Shown here: positions 56,691 through 64,000 of the stretch, in pieces
Numbering within the stretch: position 1 is the first letter of the stretch
Layout: every line of letters begins with the position of its first letter
Origin: Spirochaetia bacterium
GTDB lineage: Bacteria > Spirochaetota > Spirochaetia > CAKZLE01
NCBI GenBank assembly: GCA_963677595.1
Contig: OY782041.1
Location: 2,656,001-2,720,000, forward strand
Direction: 5' to 3'
Length of the DNA: 64,000 bases
Notes under the pieces: model-generated
What the model was told of the DNA's origin: nothing
Database searches by the model: none
Seen by the model: the letters and a program-made list of their open reading frames with translations, nothing else
Program-made: the position numbers and the translations under genes

Positions 56691-57172
56691 AGAACCTGCT
56701 GCGCTTCCTCCTGCTCGGATGTTTTTTCGTCATCGTCTTCATCCCGATCCGCGTCGAGTATGAGTGGGTCGTCTGGGCCCTCATCGTCGCGATGTTCGGT
56801 CTGGTTGCCGCCTATTACTGGGCCCTCTACGGGGTGACAGCTGCTCAGGCTGCTTCCCTGGCAGATGAGGCTGAAGTGGTCAGGTATTCCAAGTTCGCAG
56901 GGCTGGTCACCGGGCATGACAAGTCCCTCGACCTCATCCGGGGCAGGTTCCTCATCACCGATACCCGAATCCTGTTCGTGAGGAAGGCGAAGAAGGGGTT
57001 CGAACTCGCCGAGACGATACCCCTTGGTGAGTTGAGCGAGTACCGCACTGCAAAGCTGCTCTCCTACCGGAGGGGGATCATCTTCACCCTGGAAGATGAG
57101 CGTGAGTACCGTTTCACCATCTCCCGGATACAACGGGAGGAGGCTCCCATCAGGTCTGCCCTCGGCTGGTAG
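56687..57172 (+). CDS. Hypothetical membrane protein (2 TM plus small beta-rich domain)
   Basis: ATGA overlap with the antiporter gene; two N-terminal TM segments. Confidence 0.75.
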   Translation: MKNLLRFLLLGCFFVIVFIPIRVEYEWVVWALIVAMFGLVAAYYWALYGVTAAQAASLADEAEVVRYSKFAGLVTGHDKSLDLIRGRFLITDTRILFVRKAKKGFELAETIPLGELSEYRTAKLLSYRRGIIFTLEDEREYRFTISRIQREEAPIRSALGW

Positions 57173-57299
57173 ATGATTCCCGGTATCCCATAAAGAAACC
57201 TCTTGACGACCTGTAGCTATTCAGGATTGTCCTCGCACATGCACCGCTTTAGAGTAGAAGTAGATTCCCTGCAGGGATCTCTTTTTCAAGGAGAGGTGT

Positions 57300-57851
57300 A
57301 TGGATGTAAGAGGATGTATTGCAATACTGCTGCTGGCCTTCCTGGTCACCGGGGCTGCTGAAGCTGCGGAGCAGGAGTTGCAGATCGGTCTCTACGGTGA
57401 TGTCTCAGCCGTGGATGCCCTCTGGACGGAGCATGTCTACCTTCACGGCGGCATCACCGTCGATACCGGCAGCAGGCTGGTACTTGAGATGCCGGTCACC
57501 TATGTCCGACAGGAGGACGGCCATGCGGTGCTCGATACCGGGCTGCTGCTCAAGTACGACCCATTCGACAACGGCTTCTGGCTCGGTGCGACGCTCTTCC
57601 AGGGGGTGACCCTGCTCGGGGAAGATCGCCCTGATGACTGGTATATCTACATGCAGGAGTTCTCCTGCGGCTATACCCACCCGGTAGGCGGTTCCTGGTA
57701 TGTGGAGCCCTCCCTCGCACTGCGTGATCTCACCGGTGTGTTCCATGACAGCCTCTCCTCGGTCTCAGAATATGCAGCGGGCTACTCCCGCCTGCGGTTC
57801 TGTCTTAACTTCGGCTGGCGGGGAGTCGGGCTGACTCTCCCCCTAGATTGA
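57300..57851 (+). CDS. Hypothetical exported protein, probable small outer-membrane beta-barrel
   Basis: Signal peptide ending AEA; alternating strands; C-terminal LNFGWR. Confidence 0.7.
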   Translation: MDVRGCIAILLLAFLVTGAAEAAEQELQIGLYGDVSAVDALWTEHVYLHGGITVDTGSRLVLEMPVTYVRQEDGHAVLDTGLLLKYDPFDNGFWLGATLFQGVTLLGEDRPDDWYIYMQEFSCGYTHPVGGSWYVEPSLALRDLTGVFHDSLSSVSEYAAGYSRLRFCLNFGWRGVGLTLPLD

Positions 57852-57879
57852 GAGGATCAATCGAACAGGTGAGGTGTGT

Positions 57880-58725
57880 ATGAAAAGGTTTCTGAACAGG
57901 GCAGTGGCTGTCGTGCTGATGGTTTCGCTGGCTGGATGTTCCCTGGCGGGTCCCGGTACCTATGGGCGGATCGAGGATGTGTCGGATGAGGAGATCGGTG
58001 ACGTGGTGGAACGGGTCATCGATGAGCACTGGGATACCATCGGGGAAGCCATGGACGAGCATGGGTCAAGCATGAGGGCCTTCGGTGATGATATAAGCCC
58101 GGAGATGGTGGTCGAGGAGGCCTTCAAGGAGGAGAAGGGCCGGGAGCAGGTGGAGTTCTGCTATGCGGTCGCAACCGGGGCCGATGTCGACACGGTCCTC
58201 GGCCAGGCCGAGAAGCTCCTGACCGAGGAGCAGTATGCGGATCTGCTGCTGCAGGTAGAAGATAACCGGGAAGGTATCTACCGTGCCGCACAGCGGGCGG
58301 TCTTCGACATCAATGACGAGAACCGGGAGGATTTCTACGATGACCTCCAGAAGCTCGTCGTCTCGACGACCGTACTCCTGACTGCCTCGATCGTCTACTC
58401 GCTGATGCCCCATGTCTTCTACTGGGGCAAGATCACGGCCCTCGCTGCGATCAGCGTCTCGGCAGGTGCCGTCGCGGCGACCATCATGTCGATCTACAGC
58501 TGGTACCAGACGGACAAGGACGAGTTCGACGCGTTCAAGGACTGGCTGAACATGGTCACCGAAGAACCGCACGCAGCCTACCTCACGGTCTGCTCCGTGA
58601 TCTCGCTGGGCCACTCGATGAAGTTCAGCCCGATCTGTACCAGTGCCATCCTCGGCATCTTCGCGATCTACAACGTACTGAGCATCGTCCGCGATATGCT
58701 TGAGTCCTACGGGGAAGAGGACTGA
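57880..58725 (+). CDS. Hypothetical lipoprotein with hydrophobic C-terminal helices
   Basis: SLAGC lipobox; acidic middle; 3-4 hydrophobic helices; GAGGTG RBS. Confidence 0.8.
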   Translation: MKRFLNRAVAVVLMVSLAGCSLAGPGTYGRIEDVSDEEIGDVVERVIDEHWDTIGEAMDEHGSSMRAFGDDISPEMVVEEAFKEEKGREQVEFCYAVATGADVDTVLGQAEKLLTEEQYADLLLQVEDNREGIYRAAQRAVFDINDENREDFYDDLQKLVVSTTVLLTASIVYSLMPHVFYWGKITALAAISVSAGAVAATIMSIYSWYQTDKDEFDAFKDWLNMVTEEPHAAYLTVCSVISLGHSMKFSPICTSAILGIFAIYNVLSIVRDMLESYGEED

Positions 58726-58731
58726 CCTTAT

Positions 58732-58753
58732 AAGGGAGCCTCCGGCTCCCTTT
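58732..58753 (+). terminator. Rho-independent terminator
   Basis: AAGGGAGCC-TCC-GGCTCCCTTT. Confidence 0.65.
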
Positions 58754-58795
58754 CTGCGCCCTCCAAAAAAACATGATGTTTCTACAAATAGTAAC

Positions 58796-58824
58796 TTGAC
58801 AGTTTTTCGTCTCTCTGCTATGAT
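58796..58824 (+). promoter_or_regulatory. sigma70 promoter of the trp operon
   Basis: TTGACA-17-TATGAT with extended TG. Confidence 0.8.
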
Positions 58825-58864
58825 GCCGTAACGTTACTATAAATAGAAACATTGGATGGATGGG

Positions 58865-58924
58865 ATGAGCGGGATACAGAAGACCAGACAGCAGAATACC
58901 TCATGGTGGCATAGCTTGCATTAG
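58865..58924 (+). CDS. trpL: trp operon leader peptide (MSGIQKTRQQNTSWWHSLH)
   Basis: 19-codon ORF with tandem TGG TGG between promoter and attenuator; in-frame alternative ATG at 58856. Confidence 0.85.
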   Translation: MSGIQKTRQQNTSWWHSLH

Positions 58925-58985
58925 CCCTGAAACACGTCAGGGCTTGAGTCTATGCTCTGGGTGTATGTGAAGAAGCAACAGATAC

Positions 58986-59013
58986 AGGATCCCGGATGAG
59001 GGGTCCTTTTTTT
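58986..59013 (+). terminator. trp attenuator terminator
   Basis: AGGATCCC-GGATGA-GGGGTCCT followed by TTTTTT, just before the trpE RBS. Confidence 0.85.
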
Positions 59014-59028
59014 GACTAGGAGAGGAGA

Positions 59029-60423
59029 ATGAGAACAGACAGTATATTACGGATGGTGGGAGGAGAACGGTTCACCCCCTGCGGCCTGGCCGGTAAATTC
59101 TCAGCCAAGGTCCTGCTGGAGTCATCGTCGCTGATGAGCGGCAGGGAGCGCTACTCCCTGCTGGTCCTCGATGAGGCGTTCAGCGTCGTCCAGGACGGGG
59201 ATGATGTCCTCTTCATCAAGGATGGGGAGAAACAGAAGATCAGTGAGGGTGGAGAAGATATCCTGGACATCCTCCCGAGGTTCGCCTCACAGAACCCGAT
59301 CCTTCATGACTTCCCCTGCCCGACAGGCGGGGTGGGGTACCTCTCCTACGAGTTCTCACGCAAGTGCGATACGATCAGCTTCCGGGAGAAGCCGGACCCC
59401 TTGGGCATCTATGATGCCCACTTCCTCTTCGGCCACCTCTACATCATCTTCGACCATGCGACGGACCTCATCTACATCCTGGGCGTGAACTACCATGAGT
59501 CAATCATCGAGCTGGAGGCGGCGGTCGAGGATGTGATCAGGAGGATGAACGACCTGGACTTCAACTACTTAGCGGAGCCGGTCCCTCCGAAGGTGATGCG
59601 GATCATCGAGGATGCGAAAGCCGACGAGGATTTCAAACAGGGAGTCGAGGTGCTTCGGGAAGAGATCATCAAGGGGAACCTCCTGCAGGGCGTGCTCTCA
59701 CGCAGGCTCTATGTGGAGACCGACCTCGAGGCCTTCGATGCCTATAAACGGCTGCGAACGATCAACCCCTCACCCTATATGTTCTACCTGGACTTCACCT
59801 CCTTCGAGATCTTTGGGGCATCCCCCGAGGTCATGGTCAAGGTCCGTGATGACAAGGCCATCGTACGGCCGATCGCCGGCACGAGGAGGCGGGGGAAGGA
59901 CTCGAAAGAGGACAAGGCTCTGGAGAAGGAGCTCCTTGCGGACCCGAAGGAACGGGCAGAGCACGTGATGCTCATCGACCTGGCACGGAACGATCTCGGC
60001 CGGGTCGCGAAACCCGGTACGGTGACCCTGACGGAGACCATGGGGATCGAACGCTACTCCCACGTGATGCATATCGTCTCGGAAGTCGAGGCGAAGCTTA
60101 AGGACGGCATGGCTGCCGGGGACGTCATCCGGGCGACCTTCCCGGCAGGGACGGTATCGGGGGCACCGAAGATCCAGGCGATCAAGACCATCGACACCCT
60201 CGAGAACGAGAAACGCTCCTTCTATGCGGGACTCATCGGGTATATGGAGGGGGACGGCAACCTCGATACCTGCATCTCAATCAGGACGGCGCTGAAGAAG
60301 GGTGACCGGCTGATCCTCCAGTCCGGGGCGGGGATCGTCTACGACTCCGTACCTGAGCGTGAACTGGAAGAGACCAACGAGAAACTCAGGGGCATGGCTG
60401 CATGTCTCGGACTGGAGGTGTAG
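59029..60423 (+). CDS. trpE: Anthranilate synthase component I
   Basis: LLES, NPSPYM, GASPE, PIAGTR, KERAEHVML, FPAGTVSGAPK. Confidence 0.97.
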   Translation: MRTDSILRMVGGERFTPCGLAGKFSAKVLLESSSLMSGRERYSLLVLDEAFSVVQDGDDVLFIKDGEKQKISEGGEDILDILPRFASQNPILHDFPCPTGGVGYLSYEFSRKCDTISFREKPDPLGIYDAHFLFGHLYIIFDHATDLIYILGVNYHESIIELEAAVEDVIRRMNDLDFNYLAEPVPPKVMRIIEDAKADEDFKQGVEVLREEIIKGNLLQGVLSRRLYVETDLEAFDAYKRLRTINPSPYMFYLDFTSFEIFGASPEVMVKVRDDKAIVRPIAGTRRRGKDSKEDKALEKELLADPKERAEHVMLIDLARNDLGRVAKPGTVTLTETMGIERYSHVMHIVSEVEAKLKDGMAAGDVIRATFPAGTVSGAPKIQAIKTIDTLENEKRSFYAGLIGYMEGDGNLDTCISIRTALKKGDRLILQSGAGIVYDSVPERELEETNEKLRGMAACLGLEV

Positions 60424-60424
60424 C

Positions 60425-62017
60425 ATGTACATCATGATCGATAACTATGATTCATTCACCTATAATATCGTGCAGTATCTGTCAGAACTGACCGAGGAGA
60501 AGATCGCGGTCTACCGGAACGATGAGATCACCGTCGAGGAGATCAGGAAACTCGACCCGTCGGGCATCATCATATCCCCCGGGCCGGGGAGGCCTGAAGG
60601 GGCCGGGATATCGCTCGAGGCGATCAGGAAGCTTGGGGCTGAGTACCCCATCCTGGGAGTCTGTCTCGGCCACCAGTCGATCGGGCAGGTCTTCGGCGGG
60701 AAGGTGGTTCAGGCCGACAGGATTATGCATGGCATGACCGATACCGTCATGCATGACGGGAAGGGCCTCTTCCGGAACATTCCGCAGAACCTGACCGTGA
60801 CACGCTACCATTCGCTCTGCGTCGAGGAGGAGAGCCTCCCGGCATGCCTCGAGATCACGGCACGCTCCTCCGACAACCAGATCATGGGCCTGCGTCACCG
60901 GGAACTCCTCATAGAAGGGGTCCAGTTCCATCCTGAATCGATCTCGAGCGAGCACGGGAAGAAGATCTTCCAGAACTTCCTCACCTACCGCCGGGACCCC
61001 TACCCGGTCACGAAGACCCTCATGACCGTCATGGGTGGGAAGGACCTCTCTTTCAGTGAGGCTGCCCAGTTCATGGATGAGCTCACCGAGGGGAACTTGG
61101 ATGATGCGCAGATAGCATCCTTCCTCACCGCACTCAACATGAAGGGGTTCACCGAGCATGAGATAGCCGGCTGCGCCTCCATCCTCAGGAAGAAGTGCGT
61201 ACCCCTGCACCATGAGAAGCCGATGCTCGATACCTGCGGGACCGGCGGTGACGGCCTGGGGACCTTCAACATCTCCTCCTATGTCGCACTGGTCTGTGCC
61301 TCCTGCGGGGTCGAGGTCGCCAAGCACGGGAACCGGGCGATCAGCTCGAAGAGCGGCAGTGCCGATTTCTACGAGGCCCTGGGGATCAACATCAACCTCT
61401 CGCCGGAGCAGGCGGAACAGCTGCTCGAAGACACCTCGTTCACCTTCATGTTCGCACCCAGGTACCATGGGGCGATGCGGTTCGCAGGACCGGTGAGGAG
61501 GTCCCTCAAGCTGAAGACCATCATGAACGTACTCGGCCCCCTCGCGAACCCGGCCTCCAGCGAGTACCAGATCATCGGGGTCTATGATCGGACCCTGCTC
61601 AAGAAGGTCGCCAGAGCCGCGAAACTCCTCGGGGTCAAGCGGGTCATGACCGTCCACGGGTCGGGCGGGGAGGACGAGATCTCGACCTCCGGGCCGACAG
61701 AGCTCTTCATGATCGACGAGATGGGGATCGAGGAGTCGATGGTGATCACCCCCGGGGACTTCGGCCTCCAGGCCTATGATGGAGCAGAGATCAAGGGTGG
61801 GACAGCCCCTGAGAACGTCGCTATAGCCAATGCGATAGAGAAGCATGCGGCGGTCCTCTCTGCCGTGCTCCTCAACAGCGGAGCCGCCCTCTATACCGCA
61901 AAGCGGGTAGAGTCCATCGCTGACGGTATCAGGATGGCTGAAGAAGCTGTCAGGAGCGGGGAGGTAGAGCAGAAGATCACCGAAGTGGTCGAGCGGTCGA
62001 GACGGTTCGGGAAGTGA
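60425..62017 (+). CDS. trpGD: Bifunctional anthranilate synthase component II / anthranilate phosphoribosyltransferase
   Basis: IDNYDSFTYN, SPGPG, GVCLGHQ, QFHPES; DTCGTGGDG, KHGNR, GPLANP. Confidence 0.96.
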   Translation: MYIMIDNYDSFTYNIVQYLSELTEEKIAVYRNDEITVEEIRKLDPSGIIISPGPGRPEGAGISLEAIRKLGAEYPILGVCLGHQSIGQVFGGKVVQADRIMHGMTDTVMHDGKGLFRNIPQNLTVTRYHSLCVEEESLPACLEITARSSDNQIMGLRHRELLIEGVQFHPESISSEHGKKIFQNFLTYRRDPYPVTKTLMTVMGGKDLSFSEAAQFMDELTEGNLDDAQIASFLTALNMKGFTEHEIAGCASILRKKCVPLHHEKPMLDTCGTGGDGLGTFNISSYVALVCASCGVEVAKHGNRAISSKSGSADFYEALGININLSPEQAEQLLEDTSFTFMFAPRYHGAMRFAGPVRRSLKLKTIMNVLGPLANPASSEYQIIGVYDRTLLKKVARAAKLLGVKRVMTVHGSGGEDEISTSGPTELFMIDEMGIEESMVITPGDFGLQAYDGAEIKGGTAPENVAIANAIEKHAAVLSAVLLNSGAALYTAKRVESIADGIRMAEEAVRSGEVEQKITEVVERSRRFGK

Positions 62018-63483
62018 GCATGATGAACGATGATATTCGATTGAGGATCTTCAGTGACCGGAAGAAGCGGATCGCAGAAGAGGGCTTCTCCCTCGGGGTG
62101 TATGTACCGGATGAGCGGATCCTTCCCTGCGTCGATGCACTAGCGAGCATCACCGACACCCGCCTGATCTGCGAGGTCAAGCGGTCGTCCCCCTCGAAGG
62201 GGATCATCGACGGCAGGCTCGACCCGGTGAAGCAGGCAGGAGTCTACCATGCAGCTGGTGTGCGCGTGGTGTCGGTCCTCACCGAGGAGGACTACTTCAG
62301 CGGGTCGCTGCAGGACCTCATCGAGGTGAAGCGGGCTTACCCCGACCTGGCAGTCCTGAGGAAGGACTTCCTCTACTGTGAGGAGGATATTGACATCAGC
62401 TTCCGTGCGGGTGCCGACCTCGTGCTGCTCATCGCCTCGCTGCTGAGCGCGGCAGAGCTCGGGCATCTCTACCGCTATACCCTGGAGAAGGGGATGACCC
62501 CCCTCGTGGAGGTCCACTCAACAGATGATATCGACAAGGTACGGCCCTTCAGGCCGCTCCTGACCGGGATCAACTGCCGGAACCTGAAGACCTTCACCAT
62601 AGACCGGCTCTTTCCCGTCGGGCAGAAGCAACAGATCGACTGGGAGACTTCCATCGTCTATGAGTCGGGGATCTGGGGCTACGAGGATGCCTTCCTTGCT
62701 GGAAATCAGGGATTCAGCGCCCTGCTCATCGGGGAGTCCGTGGTCCGGGACCCAAAGCGGATCCCGAAGATCCGGGACGGATTAACAGATGGTATAGCAG
62801 CGATGGGTGCGAAGAGCCGGTTCTGGGAGCGGATAGCCTTCCTGAAAGGCCGGAAGAAGCCGATCGTCAAGATCTGCGGGATCACCAACCGTGAGGATGC
62901 CGAGGAGGCAGTACGCTGCGGCGCTGATATCCTGGGGTTCATCTTCGCAGATTCCCCGAGGGAGACAGATCCTGGTTTCGTGCGGTCATTGGCAGGCCTT
63001 GAGGTGCTCAAGGTCGCGGTCATCGTCGATGCCGATACCGACAACCGACGTCTGAGGGATGTGAACGACCTGCTTGATGCCAGGTTCATCGATGCCGTGC
63101 AGTTCCACGGGGATGAGCCTGCGGATGCCTGTTTCGACCTTTCCTATCCATACTACAAGGCCTTCCGCCTGAAGGATGAAGAGAGTATCATGGGGATGCG
63201 GGCATACCACTGCCCGAGGGTGCTCATCGATGCCTACCACCCGGCGCTCCATGGGGGCACGGGGAAGCAGATCGATGCGGCGATCGTCGAGGAGGTCTCC
63301 AAGGGCTATGATCTCTGGATCGCCGGGGGTGTCACCCAGGAGAACGTCGCGGAGCTGGTCAGGACCTTCAGTCCTGAACTGATCGATATCTCGAGCGGGG
63401 TGGAGTCATACCCCGGGAAGAAAGACGGACAGCGGCTCAAGCTGCTGTTCGACACGATAGAGGGACTGTATGAAAACCAGTGA
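62014..63483 (+). CDS. trpCF: Bifunctional indole-3-glycerol-phosphate synthase / phosphoribosylanthranilate isomerase
   Basis: [28 protein letters not shown]; VKICGIT, QFHGDE, DISSGVE. Confidence 0.95.
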   Translation: MSMMNDDIRLRIFSDRKKRIAEEGFSLGVYVPDERILPCVDALASITDTRLICEVKRSSPSKGIIDGRLDPVKQAGVYHAAGVRVVSVLTEEDYFSGSLQDLIEVKRAYPDLAVLRKDFLYCEEDIDISFRAGADLVLLIASLLSAAELGHLYRYTLEKGMTPLVEVHSTDDIDKVRPFRPLLTGINCRNLKTFTIDRLFPVGQKQQIDWETSIVYESGIWGYEDAFLAGNQGFSALLIGESVVRDPKRIPKIRDGLTDGIAAMGAKSRFWERIAFLKGRKKPIVKICGITNREDAEEAVRCGADILGFIFADSPRETDPGFVRSLAGLEVLKVAVIVDADTDNRRLRDVNDLLDARFIDAVQFHGDEPADACFDLSYPYYKAFRLKDEESIMGMRAYHCPRVLIDAYHPALHGGTGKQIDAAIVEEVSKGYDLWIAGGVTQENVAELVRTFSPELIDISSGVESYPGKKDGQRLKLLFDTIEGLYENQ

Positions 63484-64000
63484 CCAGGGATTCTTCGGCC
63501 GGTTCGGCGGCATGTACGTGGCAGAGATCCTGCGTTCCCCGCTCGATGAGCTGAACGAGGCATTTACCGCAGCTATGGGGGATGAGGATTTCCTCTCACA
63601 GCTGCGTACGGAATCGAAGGACTATATAGGCAGGCCGACACCACTGATGCATGCGAAGCGCTCTTCAGAGGCCCTCGGCGGGGCACAGCTCTACATCAAG
63701 CTCGAAGGCCTGGCAAATACCGGGGCCCATAAGATAAACAACGCGATGGGACAGGGGCTGCTGGCGAAACGCATGGGCAAGACGAGGATCATCGCGGAGA
63801 CCGGTGCCGGTCAGCACGGCGTGGCCACTGCCGCAGTCTGTGCCCGTCTCGGCCTCGAGTGCGTTGTCTATATGGGTGAGGTCGACATCAGGCGGCAGCA
63901 CCCCAACGTCTTCTGGATGGAACAGTACGGGGCGACTGTGGTCCCGGTCACGTCCGGGTCGAGGACCCTCAAGGATGCCGTGAACGAGGCGCTGCGTGAC
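63470..64000 (+). CDS. trpB: Tryptophan synthase beta chain (runs off window end)
   Basis: [41 protein letters not shown]. Confidence 0.96.
   Translation, partial: MKTSDQGFFGRFGGMYVAEILRSPLDELNEAFTAAMGDEDFLSQLRTESKDYIGRPTPLMHAKRSSEALGGAQLYIKLEGLANTGAHKINNAMGQGLLAKRMGKTRIIAETGAGQHGVATAAVCARLGLECVVYMGEVDIRRQHPNVFWMEQYGATVVPVTSGSRTLKDAVNEALRD

Noticed and set aside
58825-59028. T-box or TRAP control of the trp operon
   Set aside because: No T-box consensus or (G/U)AG repeat array seen; the leader-peptide model explains the region.
1-64000. CRISPR array, rRNA, integrase or transposase
   Set aside because: No regularly spaced repeats with unique spacers, no rRNA-like sequence and no recombinase or transposase motifs seen; the repeats found occur only as pairs.

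Overview
64 kb of GC-rich bacterial chromosome, most likely from an anaerobic free-living spirochaete (class I lysyl-tRNA synthetase, Rex-linked Hnd-type [FeFe]-hydrogenase operon, lipoproteins and outer-membrane barrels); the taxonomy is inferred, not searched. Left part (1-27.5 kb), accessory-rich: an orphan AbiEi-like antitoxin flanked by direct repeats; an SDR; a double-SWIM SNF2 helicase followed by two divergent SEC-C proteins arranged as repeated cassettes; arsM; a ROK-regulated sugar locus (GH2, ABC transporter, GH9, GH20); iclR and a GPH symporter separated by a frameshifted vapBC; and an island-like stretch (wHTH protein, ATPase-DUF234, pRiA4b ORF3-like protein, BrnA-like pseudogene) ending at tRNA-Ile2(CAT) with a degenerate att scar. 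Right part, mostly core: rlpA, lysS, a PTS-EIIA/CBS/antiporter operon, era, clpP, MFS-HEAT, EEP nuclease, rex-hndABCD, phoH, crp/fnr, GT2, galU, a second EIIA-antiporter pair, and a trp operon (trpE, trpGD, trpCF, partial trpB) preceded by a Trp-Trp leader-peptide attenuator. Several genes look leaderless. No CRISPR, rRNA, integrase or transposase was seen. All calls come from reading motifs by eye; no database searches were run.
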